NCBI GenBank assembly: GCA_965153455.1
Contig: OZ234494.1
Location: 8,246,001-8,310,000, forward strand
Source: Sphagnum compactum
Lineage: Eukaryota
Direction of reading: 5' to 3'
DNA: 64,000 nucleotides
Part shown: positions 1 through 13,612 of the stretch, piece by piece
How positions within the stretch are numbered: position 1 is the first letter of the stretch
Layout of the letters: each line of letters starts with the position of its first letter
Made by a program: the position numbers and the translations under genes
Notes under the pieces: model-generated
Told to the model about the DNA's origin: nothing
Databases searched by the model: none
The model's input: only the letters and a program-made list of their open reading frames with translations

Positions 1-3000
1 TAGAAGGCTTGCTTTGGAAGAGCCTCTGACATTGCATTCAGAGGGGCAGGATAGCATACTCACAATCTGTTTCGCAAGTTGGCTTACTCTCCCTGCAAGA
101 GCAGCATATCCCCTGCTGAGTTTGTTAGGAGTCGAAAATCTTGTCGAACGTGAAATTTGCACATCTGAAGGTTGAATCTCCACCTCTGTGTTGCAAGATG
201 CTCCAGTTATGTTCATACCCGCAAGCTGCTGCTCAATCCTCTTCACCTCCAATGCCAGACTCAAAACCTGGATCTTGGCTCTTGTTTGAGGGTCCTTCCT
301 GTAGAATTACCTGGCACTCAGTAAGTATTCTTTGCAACCCATCTTCAAACACACTTCTATGCTGCTACTCTCAGCCTGGTGGTGCATATTCAGCCCTGCC
401 AAAAACAGATTCTAGATGTGTTCAGATGGATAACTACCCATTTTGACTTTTGTGCCTTCGAACAGTAAGAGCTGGGAGGTTTCACCAGTCTCATGGTCAC
501 AACCACAAATTCCTTGCCTTACTGCCACACTGACCTGCTGACAGTTGACCCTGTGAATTTAGAAGATGGAGGACCTTGGAGTGTTTCTCCCATATCCAAA
601 AGAACATGTTGGCTCTGCTTCTTGTCAAAATTTGTGTTCTTCTTCAGCATCCGAAATATGTCAAACTTACTGTTCTTCAAGCTTTCAGTATGAACAACCT
701 GCAAAACCACCATTTGTGAGAACATTCATCTAGAATAAATCCTCCCATTTAGCCAGAGACACCCACTGTTTGTACTCATACCTGTCCCAAGCTGGAATTG
801 TCCAAGGTTGTCTGGTCAGTCTTTGAAGTCAGAGAATCCGAGACCGAGAGTGACCTCAGAGGCTGTTTGTTTGAGCTCCATCTCCTTTTAGTGTGCAAAT
901 TACTATTCTTGATTGTCTTTGTATCCAGCTTGGAAAGGGTTGTGGAAGAAGGTTGTCCAGGTTGTTCTTTGATCTGTGCTGAGTGTGATAATGCCAAGTC
1001 CCCCTGGTCACCTTGCATTTGAGAGCCGTCTGGTAAAGGTTGGATGAACTTGTGAGAGGTCTCTTGGTCCAGTGGCAACCAGCATGCAAGCTCTGAGAAG
1101 GGGAAATCATTCACAGCCTTGGATGCATTGGTTTGATCTAACAGAAGCATCAAATTTGTGTTATCTTCATGCAGAAGCAGATCTTGAAGCTTGAGACTGT
1201 CTGACTTTGAAACTGTGCTTGCCTCCTCTTGTACAAGCTCTCCTAATCTCTTTCTGCTTTGAACTTCCAACCCACTTTGTGTCCAATTGTCAGTTCTCAA
1301 GTCACAAGTTTGTGCTGTGACCTCAAGACAGGTATCCATGGCTGCTTTCTCAGAAGTAGGGTCTTGACTGTCAATGTGCACTTTCACCTAGGAATAACAC
1401 AAACAACACAAGAACACATACTGATTAGAAGTGTATTATGATATTGGTAGCCAGCAACATAAGCAAGCTCACCTTCACAAAAGGTCTGATCTCTGCTACT
1501 GATGACAATGTGCATCCTCCTGTAAGAATAAAACCTAAATTCTCCAAATAGCTCACAAGATTGATCATTTCCATACAACATTTGTTCATCACAGTGTAAA
1601 TTCACTTTGGCCTTTGAAGGCCAAACAAACAGGAAGATATACAATGTGGGTCCACCTACTTTCTCATGACTGTTGTGTGCAAATGATTCTTCGGCAGCCT
1701 TGGCCTTTCTTCCATTCTCATACTGCATCTGACATAACCCATCTTCCACCATAATCAGGTTCATGTCATTTTGTTGGATCTCTATCTCTGCATTCACCAT
1801 GATGCTCTGAAGACTGCTCAGATGTTGTTCATCCAGTTCCTTCTCCCTCAACGGCTTCCCAAGATTGGAACTGCCAACCACTCACCCAATTCAATGAGTC
1901 ACCTGCTCCTGTGTGCACACATCTCCTAACCCTACAAAGAGAAAACTTGCATGTGCAAAAAAGGCAATTGTGCAGCTTGAATTGCAACTGTAACTTACTT
2001 GGTGATCATCACATCCGCCTTCCATGATTCCACCGGCTCTTGCAGTTCAACATCATTGCTGTTGTTGTCATTGCTGTCACATTCCTCTTGTGTCATGACC
2101 TGACCCAAGAGCTGAATCTTCTTCTTCTGGGACTGGATGGCATCATGACCCAGGAGCTGAATCTTCTTCCTGGGGGACTGGATGATATGATGACCCAAGA
2201 GCTGAATCTCCTTCTTCTTGGGGGACCGAACCACCACCTTGGAAGAATTTTCCTCCTCCTCCTGCTTTTGAATGGTGTTCTCAATTTCAATTTGCAATGC
2301 CTCCATCTCTGATTTCATTTTGCTGGACTCCAACTCCATGGCCAACAACTGTGAGCGAAAAGCTGCAATTCTCTCATCTTTTGCACGCATCTGTCTCTCA
2401 AAGGCTTCTATCTCACGCCAATGCTTGTCCTCCAGCTGTGCTGCATGTCTGTTCTTCACCAGCTCAACCCATTCATTGAATGCACGCGTGGGTTGAAGCT
2501 GAAGCTCCTCCTCCTCTGCAGCGCTGCAAGAACAATCTCTCTTATGTGAATGTCCAAGAACCTCATCATCCAATTCGCTTCTGCTGCCAAGACTGCGATG
2601 GTGAAACCTGTTGGCGGTCCTCTTGTGAGGAGTCGTCATCATCCTCGGACGACGACGACCTCTCTCCTCCTCCTCCTCTGCTGCTGCTACGCTCTTCCAC
2701 CGATGCATCAGATTCTCAGCGTGCTTTCTCTTGACTTCGGAAAGCGCAAGCTCTTTGGCAAGATCGTCTTTCTCCTCTTTCTCTCTGCTGGCCCGCCTGA
2801 GCATCGCTGATATCACCTCCTCCTTATCCTCCACTTCTTTCCGCACGACTGCAATGTGGGTGAGCTCTGTTCTCGCATTCTGAAGCTCCTCCAGAGCCTT
2901 GATGAGCTCGCGCTCGGTTTCTTGTTGCTTGGTCTTGAGATCCTGGAGAACGACTCTTTGCCGCATTGCATCTGCGAGCTCAGAAGAGAGTTTCTCGCTC

Positions 3001-3905
3001 AACTCCGCTGCAATTGACTCAGCGATGGCAAGCTTTGCCGCAAGAGCGTTGCGCTCTTGTTCTTCGGATTGCGCTTCCTCCATAGCCGTCATCATGAAAA
3101 ACTCCTTCTCGCTAAGACTTTCTTGCAATGCACTCACATGCCGTTCTTTGGCTTCGCATTCTTCGCAATGGGTGTTTCTTCCGCGAGGACTCATGTTACA
3201 AAGCTCTCCTACTTCTTTTCTCAGCAAATCTCTTCGCAGCAAATCTATCTCATGTCGGAGCTTCTTCCTCTCGCTCTTCCAGTTCTGTTCGTGACTTGCA
3301 TATATGAGCGCAACTTTCTCATTTGCTTTGGCATCTTCGCCTCTTCTCATTCTCAGTTCTCCCACTTCCGCCTCCGCTTCTGCCAGTTTCAGTGAGAGCT
3401 TGGCCTTCTCCATCTCCCAAGTTTTCCTTTCTTCAAGGAAAGCTGCAGTGGCTTCATTTTTGTTTTCCGTCACTCTCTTGTCTGAGTCTAACGCACTTTG
3501 CGCTAGACAATGCAAGCGATCCATCGCTCCTTCTAGCATCACCTGCAAAGCCATTCTCTGGAACTTGCGGCTACTAAACCCCTTCGCTGATTTCGCTTTG
3601 TCGGTGCTGCTGTTGAGACGTCGGATCATTGCTCCCAGTGCTGCAAACGCCAATGCAACACCGAAATACTCACACAAGAGCGGCGATGGCTCTTCTTCCT
3701 TGAAGGGGAAGTACTTGCTCATGAGCTCTCTTCGCCCTCTTGTCATCATCTCCACCCGCGAGTTTGAAGAATCGTAGAGCTCCAGGCAGCTGCTGCTGCT
3801 TGTGGACGTATTATCATCATCGTCGTCGTCACTATTGCAACATTTCTCCTCCATAGCTACTACATTTGCTGCAGCGAGAATCATACTCCCAGCTGCAGCA
3901 CGCAT
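1..3905 (-). CDS. Plant-specific long coiled-coil protein (At3g45900/At5g53020-like family); multi-exon, 3' end lies beyond the window start
   Basis: The 636-aa first-exon ORF carries the family motifs RRGEDAKANEKVALIYASHEQNWKSERKKLR and LEDKHWREIEAFERQMRAKDERIAAFRSQLLAMELES. Inferred GT-AG exons: 3905-1999, 1870-~1660, a possible small exon ~1520-1472, 1387-782, 698-523 and 298-64. The last two join in frame as SVWQKDPQTRAKIQVLSLALEVKRIEQQL. A donor at 63 opens an intron that leaves the window. The start could be the downstream Met (MEEK). Confidence 0.8.
2090..2226 (-). repeat. In-frame coding tandem repeat, 3 x ~45-48 bp (KKIQLLGHxxIQS)
   Basis: Translation SPKKKEIQLLGHHIIQ-SPRKKIQLLGHDAIQ-SQKKKIQLLGQV; DNA core gaccca(a/g)gagctgaatct repeated three times. 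Confidence 0.9.
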
Positions 3906-5339
3906 GAAGAAAAAGCTTGAACAACAACACTGCCCGAAAGTTCAATCCGAATTCTCACAACCACTGCTGCATGCTAGCTCCAGTTTCTCAATCTTGCTAG
4001 TATTGTTAAAAACCAGTTCAAAACCCCATTGCAACTCGGCACTCTTGCAACAGCAACAAAAACACAGATGATCAAGAAACAAAGAGACACATCACAAACA
4101 GTAGTGCTACTACAATATGTTCACTTCTGTTTTTTTCTCTGGTGTACAGAAAAGAAGAAATGCTGCGATGCCCATTGCTGGTAATATATTCACATACAGA
4201 TTGAAGCAATCAGATGTTGTATGAATCAACAACATCAGGCCTGCAAAGAGTTTTCTCTCAGAGATTGGAGGAACTGCAGCCAAAGGGACGGAAAAAAGAA
4301 AAAAAAAACCTTGTTTCATCACTCAGACAATGAGATAGATATGGCAAAAGAGAGCTAATGGGTCGTCTGTTTTTCTCTCGTCAGTTGCAGTAATGCAAAC
4401 ACAAAAAACCACAACCCAGAAACAAATGCACAGCACTGCAACCGCCGAGAACAATCGCGTGCAACAACCGTGCAGGCAGCGGCAGAAGCAGCGGCAAAGC
4501 GCGAGAGCTGCGAGAGAGAGAGAGCGAGAAGAGAGAGAGACGAGGCTCTGTCTTTTACTGACACCCACCACATCTTTCCATATCCACGGTCCTTGTGTTT
4601 CGCTTTTGTGGATCTGACGGATGAGAACACAAGAGACAGGACACGGCCGGGAAAGATGGCGTTTTCGGTAGTTTATCAATTGACGGCTGTGATCTACCAA
4701 GAGACCCACGACGGTCACGATTGATTCCTGCTTTTGTTATTTGAATCCGTCAACCCGCTTTGGCATTTTGTTGTTTGTTACCAAGTGGGCAACGGATGGT
4801 CCAGATTTTATAGGCGTCAAATGCGTATCTGACGGCCCAAAACCAGCTGTCAGTGTGGTCATTTCAGCCAACCTTGGTAGGTACATGTGTGGAAAGAAAT
4901 GTGTAGGGTAAGAAGGCCCGAGGCCGCCGGCCTTACGAGAATAAGGGCCCATAAGGGCCCACATTGGACCCTTATTCCCCGAAATGCGCCTCGAGCGTTA
5001 CCCTTTGCAAAAATCCACCACTTTTGTTCCCACTTCTTCTTTTTCTCTCGTGGTACCCGACGGGTATCTAGTGGGTACCTTCCGGGTATTTGGCAGTTCT
5101 CACTTTTTTCGAGAAAATCGTTGGTTCCAGTTCTTTGAGAGGGTCAAGAGAATCGCCCGCCCTGGTTCTTTTATAAATTTCAGATTTTTATTTTTTAATA
5201 ATCACCCCGGTTATCGGAAATTTCAGAAAAATGAAACTTGGTGGTTTGCAGGGTAGTCGGTTCTCACAAGTTTTTGAACCGCCAGTGGTTTTCAGAGGCC
5301 GTTCTCGCAAAACGCTTATCACAATTATTATTTCAAAAA

Positions 5340-7400
5340 AAAATTAAAACTTAAAAAATGATAATTTTAATAAGTAAAATCCACAAAAAAAGTGTATAGT
5401 TTTCAATCTCTCACATTTATCATTCACAACTTTCAATCTCTTCTCTAAATCGCATTCTTCTTCAAATTCCTCCTCAAAGTTCTCTTCCCTCTTTATCAAC
5501 TCTACCAAGCTACATGCCTCCTTACAACTTACCCTAGGATCATTCAACCAAAATTTACTAACAAAAATACGTTTCTCTAGGTTTTTTTTATTGCAAACGA
5601 AATCTTCTAAGGTTTGTTAAATTTCAACAAGAGAAAAAATACACCACCTCTATTTAAGAACTTACAATGCCAAGTATTTGCTTTGCTAGAAGCCCTACAA
5701 CTAGAAACCTAGAATGATGTTTTTCTCACCATAACAAAAGGCTCTTAACGTCCTTCACATCTACATGAAATCTATTAAAGTTTAACAACTCTCTAGTCGC
5801 TGACTCGGTTCATTGTTGTTGATGGTCATTTGAAAGATGTTTAATTTACAGTCATCTTCGTGATCTACAGCACCATTAGATTCACTTTCTCCCACATGAT
5901 GTAAGTAATGAGAACACTTCAAAAACATAAGATATCATGTTTTCTTACACAATAGACACTCCCTACTCACGCCCAACATAAGAGGACACAAAACAAAGAC
6001 CCTTAAACCTTGGGTTTAACGTCAGGGAGAACGTGTTATGAGTTTTTTTTTCTTCATAGCTTCTTAAGAATGTAAGAAAAGAGTCAAGAATCCTAACCAC
6101 TTTTCTAATAGTAGAAGCCAACAAAGACAATTCAAGGATAACTTTTCCATCATCATCCATTAGAGGGTCAATGGCTGGTTGTATTCTTGCTTCATCCTTC
6201 ATCTTTAAACTCAAGATTATAGAACATTCAGGGCATCAAACAACAACCAATGACCACCTAACTAATTCAAAACACAAGTAATCACAACAAGCCCTAAACA
6301 ATCAACAATAGTCTTAACAAACATGCCAAGTCAAATGAAGTGGGACACGATCAGAAACCCAAAAAAAAAGTCTATTTGCTTTAACACATTACAACGATTT
6401 CATGGAATAACAAAGCCTTTTGAAATAAAATGATTTTTACTTGCAAAATTGCAAGAAAGAAATATTATGTTAATAATTACGAAAGCAAAAAACTAACTTT
6501 ATCTTTACTAGTGTATTTAATTTTTTGGGGTGAATTATAACATCCATACATGCCCTATTCCACTTTTGTCATCCCTTATCAAACTTTTTCGGCCAAGTAA
6601 TGCATTTTTAAATGTTAGATTGTGCATTTGTAATTGACACGAATCTCATATCATTTGCAATATTTTTCCTTGGCAATCCCATAATAGCATGCCTTGGAAA
6701 AAGCATGTCCAAAACAACTTCCGTTGAAACTTTCCTCCAACCTTAAAATATCACAACTCACAACAAACCTTAATGCTAAAGTCATCGCATTCAAATTAAC
6801 CCCCTCATTTTCAACAAAATCAATGATTTTATTTGTAAGGCCAAAGGAATCCAAAAGATTAATGAAGTTTACATCCAAAGCTTGCCCTATGGTTTCAGTA
6901 GCTTCAAATAACTAAATAGTCATTTGCTTGGGTTGCCAATTTGCATCCAGAAAGTAACAACCAATGCAAAAATACCATGGGTTTAGACATCCCTAAGTCA
7001 AAGCTGGCAGTGGTTAATAGACACTCTATTAATTGAGGTAAGACATACAACTTTTTTGTCTTCTCCACCAAATTACGCAAAACTTCTTGGGAAAATAGTT
7101 TTCTAGATGGGATGACAATTCGAAAACACAAATGTAAAGTAAATCGTTTGAATTAAGAACTTCCCACAAAATGAATAAGAAGATGATTTTTAACAACCAA
7201 CAAACCAAGGTCTTGCAAAATTTGTTTTTGCTGCTCATCATCCTTCTTAAAAGAATCTTTAGTAGAAAGACAACTCAAATATTTCATTAGCAAACGCATT
7301 GGAAAGAAAACAATTGTATTATAAGTACAAGCATCAAGTCTATTCCATGTCTCACATGTTTTGAGTTGTTCCACACATTCCCACTCCTTATTTCCTTATT
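5340..7400 (-). mobile_element. Degenerate hAT-superfamily transposase remnant
   Basis: Fragmented minus-strand frames give PSRKLFSQEVL..TASFDL(W)MSK, FGLTNKIIDFVENEGVNL, CFGHAFSKAC and LNPRFKGL. A hAT C-terminal dimerisation-like segment (LW*EKHHSRFLVVGLLAKQILGIVSS...NLRR...WLNDPR) lies near 5540-5760. Many stops and frameshifts. Confidence 0.8.
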
Positions 7401-7589
7401 TCAATAACCACCATCTTGTGAGATTCTCATCTATGTGACAGCATGTGACATGCGAGTGATTAAATACCGAATAATATTTAAACAATTCTGAACGAGTTCA
7501 TACGAAAGTTAAACAACTATGGTGCACTTGTCATGTTCTTCACCACTTTTACTACACCCACTAGTTTTTTTTGTTGTGATGGATGGATC

Positions 7590-7960
7590 CACCAGCGGTC
7601 TGTGAAAAAGAAATATATTTTTATCGCACCCTCGTTTTGAAATATTGCAAGGTCGAGCCCGATAACCAAAAATAAATCCATAAAAACTTAGAATCCAACA
7701 CCATAATAACAAACTACTCTCATGATTAGACCATGTTCCTGAGATTTTATGGAATAAAAGCACATTAACATTTGAGTTGGTAAATACATTGTAATTAGAA
7801 AAGTCACAAGAAATATAGCAAACCAAAATACCAAAAAAGGAAATGGTAGAAAAAAATAATAAAATGAAACAGTTGCAGGTCTTTTGTTGTAAATTAATAC
7901 AAATGAAATACCCAGTACTAAGAAATAGTGGCCCAATTCACTATACACTTCGATCAGTTT
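7590..7960 (-). pseudogene. ccmFN: Nuclear insertion of mitochondrial DNA (NUMT): 5' part of ccmFN, frameshifted
   Basis: Two overlapping frames join to (V)[23 protein letters not shown]...[50 protein letters not shown], which matches the CcmF N-terminal W(S/G)xHEGS motif region. Frameshift near the homopolymer at ~7850-7864; GTG at the start position. Confidence 0.85.
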
Positions 7961-8699
7961 TGCTTATAATTGGTAAAAAAATCTATTTTTTTGAATATTT
8001 TTGAAATCTAGTAGATTAAGTTTCACATTAGACACTACAATTTTCAAAAAAGAAAATGAAAGGAAATTCAAATTTTAGAAGGAAAAATCTACAAGAACAG
8101 AAAGACCCCCAAGCCCACAAGTTAATCATCAATGTAAGATGTGTTTTTCACTTTGATGTTTGATGGTCGAAAAGGTCATGATTGTTGTCCAAGCAATGAC
8201 CTTCTCTTTTATTTTAATTTAGTTATCATTTTTAGAATTTAAAAAGATAAATTCCACATTATGTATAAGAAAATATAGGAGAAAAATTGGAAGAAATTTT
8301 TTTTGTACTACAATAAAAGGTGTCCCTGTATGCCACTGGATTATAGGTGAATTCATTGATTATAGTGAACGAGACCTAGTGGGGAAATAATGAATTCATT
8401 GGTCTAGTGAACAGGGACTAGTTAACTGCACCCACATTTTGTAGTAGTGAAAAAACACGAAAAAAAATTATAATTTTCATTAGTTTGATTTGAAGGGGTT
8501 GTTAGATTCAAGTACATGAACCCAATTCTATGCACTTACATATACACTTTTGTGAAAACTTTTCTATAAGAAGGTCAAACACTAAAAGGCACATGTTGTG
8601 AAATGATACTAGCGTAAATAGATGTTGATTGCATTGTAATAACCGAAAAACATTATTGAGAGCTAATAAAATCCTTTAATCATTTGATTTTTTATTTAT

Positions 8700-9250
8700 C
8701 ATAAATAATTAAAAGACCATAAATAAATGAAAACATTTTGACCATAAACAAAACATGTTAGAACATGCATAAGATTACATGGTGGGAATTGGGGTACGTA
8801 AAAGATTTTCAAATCATCCAATTCATAATTGTTCTTGTTTTGGTTCAAGGATGAAATTGCACCTACCTTTTTCAATTGAATGACATTGAACAAAGTTCAA
8901 AAAGTTCCTTGGGTTCTAAATGAAAATTATTTCAAAATCCATTGTATGGACGATAGTCACAATACTAACAACCCTTCAATGTGCTAATGGTAATAACTAC
9001 AAATTTCCACCCAACTTGAAATCATAAATGTTCCCCAAACTGATAATCCAAAATATTAGGTGTGGTTTCCCCTTCTTCATCATCATCTAAACGGGTGAAA
9101 GCGTAATTAGAGGGACAAAATGGACTATCACAGTTGTAGTTTTTATGGATTGCAACATGAAAGTACCATGTAAAATCATATTTAACATTAATAATTTTAA
9201 ATTTTAAGTTAACCATGTCATAGTAAACATCAATGGGAATCACACACAAA
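8700..9250 (-). mobile_element. Degenerate transposon-like coding remnant (possibly the N-terminal part of a bryophyte MULE-type element)
   Basis: Broken frames with IQLKKVGAISSLNQNKNNYELDDLKIFYVPQFPP; weak remembered resemblance only. Confidence 0.25.
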
Positions 9251-11086
9251 AATATGGATGATTTTTTGAAAAAGTGGACACCATGGTGGACTTTTGAAAT
9301 TACGACACTGCTTTTGTCACATAGACATATTTGACAAGTGGACTCAAAAAATGTAATGAAATAGTGTTAATTTTTTTCTAAAAAATAGAACAATTTTAAA
9401 TGAAGTGTTTAAGAGTGATGTGCATTGAAATTTTTCAATAGAAGAAATTTTGAATTTTGAAGTTCAATATTGTCTCATTTGAGTCATTGGGAGTCCATAT
9501 AATATCTTTTTTAATGGTTTTTTTGACAAAACACATGAGGAGAAATAGATACAAAACTACCTATCGTTATTTTTGGATGAAACACAACCAAAATGTAGGT
9601 TCGATGGATTGTTCAAGCTCCCAAATCCATTCCAATTTTATGCCAAAAGTGGGCACTTACCTAATCGATTCAACTTGGTGTGACATCATACTGACTAAAT
9701 GATGTCATAAAGGTATCACTTTTTAAAACTAGGCTAGGTTTAGGTTTTAACACTCAAGCATTCGCCTATTTGCCACAGGTTTAGGGTTTAGCGTTCAAGC
9801 ATTCACTCATTACCGCAAGTTTAGGGTTCTAACGCATTTTTTTGTTTTGCATTGTTTTTGGTCACATGTAGTGGCATTGTTTTCTTTCTGCTCAAGTTCC
9901 ACATGATGCTAAGTATACAAGCACATTACATTTACAACAAATCTTATATCTTCATTTTGTAACTTATTTGACCACTCGCCAAGCATTTTGTCATTTCCTT
10001 TTTATATCATGATAACATTGCGAACTGAGGCCTTTGTTTTTACATATTCAATAAAAGTTCTCACCCAAGAAAGCAATGGGTTCCAAACAAAATCAAGAAT
10101 GAAGAACGGGGATCATCGAACCAGGTCTTGTTGAGAAGGCAAGACGTGCATTGGAGCTTAAAGTTGTTACATTGCAACTTGAACTTGTTGTTTTGTAGCA
10201 AAAAGTTGTTTTACAACATGTAGGTGATGATGGAAGTGCAGCAAGGAAGGTTGCCTAGAATGCACAACAAGCAAAAAGTGTCTTGGGAAAAGAAAAGAAT
10301 AAAAACTACACAAGCAATTTATGTTGGATGCATTTGATGACGTTGAACAAGTGATGCCAAATAGAGACTTGCGAATGATAGCACTTCAGATAATTGATTA
10401 CATTTTCATTACTTTGCATCATTGTCCTGGGCCAAAATGCACGAGAGAGGTAATAGAAAAGGTTTTGTCACACCCAAGGTTGAACCACTACCTTCCCAAT
10501 TATGTTTTGCCTGCACATCTTATTAAAACACAACAAGAGGTTTTGTCAAGTTTGAATATGTCTATAGATGCAAACAAGTTGGTGTAATTTAACATGTCAT
10601 TGGTGAACAAGAATGTTTTGCTAACTATAGCTACACTCAATGTCAGTGAGGGCAACACTCAAAATGAAGTTAAATTTTTTAGAATACATCCAAGATTGAT
10701 AAGAGCTACCAAGTTTCGACGACAATTAGCTAACAAGGAAGGCTAGGAATTGTGGACATTAAGGGTGTGGAAGGTGCAGGTTGATGTAATATCCATAAAG
10801 GTTCACAACTACATTATTTCTTGATGGATTACTCAAACTAAGGTGAGCCCAAATAAAAAGGATGTCACACAATTAAGGGTTGACCTTGATCAATACGAAA
10901 TGAAGCCAACCCATTATTTAATGGAAACCCAAGTACTTGGTAGTTTTCTTCCTAAAATTTTGTGGTTCAATTGTAACTTATTAATATTTGCAAAATTTGA
11001 TGCCCATTGTTGAAATTTTAGATTGCACATGAAGGACTTAACTGGTGGATTGTTTAATGATTTTGATATTTATATAAGTTGTGTGG

Positions 11087-11445
11087 TTTGAATGATTTGT
11101 GAATTGCAATGGTGACAAAAACTCCATGAGTTGTTTTTTTGTTATAGTTCATATATGAAGTTACAAGGATTCCTATAGTTTAAATGATCCATGAATTGTA
11201 ATGCTGACAAAAACTTTGTGAGTACCTATTCTGTTATAATTCAGATTTGAAGTTACAAAACTCTTATAATTTGAATGATCCATGAATTGCAATGTGGCAC
11301 AAATTTTGTCAATACTTATTTGTTACAATTTAGGTATGAAGTTACATGAAGTTTTCTAGTTTGAATGATCCATGAGTTGCAGTGTTGGCAAAAACTTTGT
11401 GAACTCATACATGTTTGTTACAATTTAGATCTGAAGTTACACCAT
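11087..11445. repeat. Diverged tandem repeat, 4 x ~91 bp
   Basis: Recurring ttgaatgatccatgaattgcaatg...aaaactttgtga...tgaagttaca. Confidence 0.85.
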
Positions 11446-11659
11446 GAGTTTCAATGTTTACTTTAATACTGAAACTCCATGAAAATTCCAAAAAACTATC
11501 ATGGAATTTTTTACATTAAAATAGACATTGAAGTACCATATGGTGGCAATTGTGAACTTGTTAGAGTTTATTGGTGGTCTTGAAATCTTGTTTGGACTTC
11601 TAATGGTCAATTTATGTACCTTATGGATTTTTGTGGGCCTTGCAATACTTTGTAACAAG

Positions 11660-13310
11660 ATGTTGGATTCATATGTGTGCTCTTAGGACACCTTGTGGAC
11701 TACATGTTGGACTAATGTGTAATCTAAGGTTCCTTGTAGGGACTTATGTGTGCTTTGAAGATGCCTTATGAACTCTATGTTAGACTAATGTGTGGTTTGA
11801 AGGTGTCTTGTAAAGACTTATGTGTGCTTTAAGGATGCCATGTGGACTTATGTGTGCTTTGAGGATGCCTTATGGACTTTATGTTGGACAAATGTGTGGT
11901 TTAAGGGGCCTTGTAGGAAGTTGTGTGTCTTTATGGATGTTTTGTGGACTGTATGTAGGACTATAGTGTGCTATAATATACATATATGCACTTAACTTTG
12001 GACTTCTGTGTTCTTTGAAGAAGTTTTATGAATTGGAAACTTGGACTAATGTATGTTTTCAAGTTGAATTTGTGTGTTTCAAGGTGGTATTCATGTGTGC
12101 TCTAAGTTGGATGCCTTGTAGACATCAAGTACGTTCATGTGTATTTATATGAATAAACAACACTCAAATTCTTTTTGCTAATGTTCAAGATGGGAATATC
12201 AATGTCATGCATGAATTTGAAGCTTAGTTACACATATGTTTATTTGATTAATTAATTTGTGGTTTGAAGGTGCCTTGTAGTAGGGCCGACTTATGGATTG
12301 CCTATTCGACTACTATTTGTTGTAATGTACATCTATGGACTTAATTTTGGATTTATGTGTTCTTTGAAGATGTTTTACGAACTACAAAGTTGAATTCATG
12401 TTTATTTTTAGTTGAATTTGTGAGTTTCAGAATGTTATTCCTTGTGCTCTAAGCTAGATGCTTGATGGACATTAAAGCACATTCTTGTTTGTTTTCAGTT
12501 GAATTTGTGAGTTTCAAAATGGTATTCCTTTGTGCTCTAAGTTGGATGCCTTATGGACATTAAGGCACATTCTTGTTTATTTTCAGTTGAATTTGTGAGT
12601 TTTAGAATGGTATTCCTTTTTGCTCTAAATTGGATGCCTTATGGACATTAAGGCACATTCTAGTACAGATTGCTAGAATGTACAAATCACATGTGTTATG
12701 TATTTATAGAAGAAATAACACTCAAAATGGGAATACCAACTTCATTCATGACTTTGGAACTTAGTTAAACTTATATTTATTTGACTAATTAATTTATTGT
12801 CTGAAGGTTCCTTATAGGTGGGATTTATGGACTACATGTTGGACATGTTTACTATAATGTACATCTATGTACTTAATTTTGGACTTCTATGTTCTTTGAA
12901 GACGTTTCATGAACTACAAACTTAGATTCATGTCTGTTTTTAATTGAATTTGTGAGTTTTAAAATGATATATACTATATTTATGTTCTCAGCTGGATGCC
13001 TTAGGACATCAAGGCATGTTTTTGTGTTATGCTAAGTTAGGGTGTACAGATCACATGTATGGTGTGTGTTTACTTGAATAAACAACACTCAAATTCTTTA
13101 TACTGATGTTCAAGATGGGAATATCAATGTCATTCATGAACATGGAGCTTAATTTGACTTATGTTTATTTGACCAATTAATCTGTGGTCTGAAGGTTCCT
13201 TGTAGGGATGTATGGATTGCATGTTGGACTATTGTTTGTTAGAATGTACATCTATGGACTTATGTGTTCGTTGAAACTTTTATGAATTGCAAACTAAAAT
13301 CTTTCAATCT
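11660..13310. repeat. Nested tandem repeats: short ggacttatgtgtgctttgaggatgcc units, ~84-bp units (x3 at ~12405-12660) and longer duplicated blocks
   Basis: Recurring agttgaatttgtgagttt..aatggtattcc..tgtgctctaagttggatgccttatggacattaaggcacattc, and aacactcaaa...atgggaatatcaatgtcat..atga blocks near 12160, 12720 and 13085. Confidence 0.85.
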
Positions 13311-13539
13311 TTATGTACAAAATAGATTCTTTTTACAATTTTGTGTTGCACACCTTGCTATCATAATTGGACAGTGTATGTTTGAAAAACTCAAGCCATT
13401 TTTGTGCGAAGAATGAAAGATTGGAACACATGTTGTTGCATTTATCATGTTAAGATTGATGAGCTTTGAACAGCTTTGAACAACATGTGGAAGGTTATCC
13501 ATGGCTCTAATTGTACCTGCAACTATTAGATTTGTGGTT

Positions 13540-13612
13540 CTATTACTACAAATCATGCTGCTACAAATCCTACTGCTACCAATCCTATTGCTACAAATCC
13601 TACTACCTATTA
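13540..13612 (+). repeat. 15-bp minisatellite (ctgctacaaatccta, ~5 copies), in frame within the transposase remnant (ATNPT units)
   Basis: Directly visible tandem copies. Confidence 0.85.

Noticed and set aside
1995..3905. RNase P subunit or myosin function for the coiled-coil protein
   Set aside because: Those labels for the family derive from weak coiled-coil similarity; no catalytic or motor domain is visible.
2040..4071. Many plus-strand ORFs overlapping the coiled-coil gene
   Set aside because: Antisense shadows of a codon-biased exon, with no recognisable motifs.
7509..7948. Functional nuclear-transferred ccmFN
   Set aside because: Frameshifted, truncated, altered HEGS motif and no targeting presequence.
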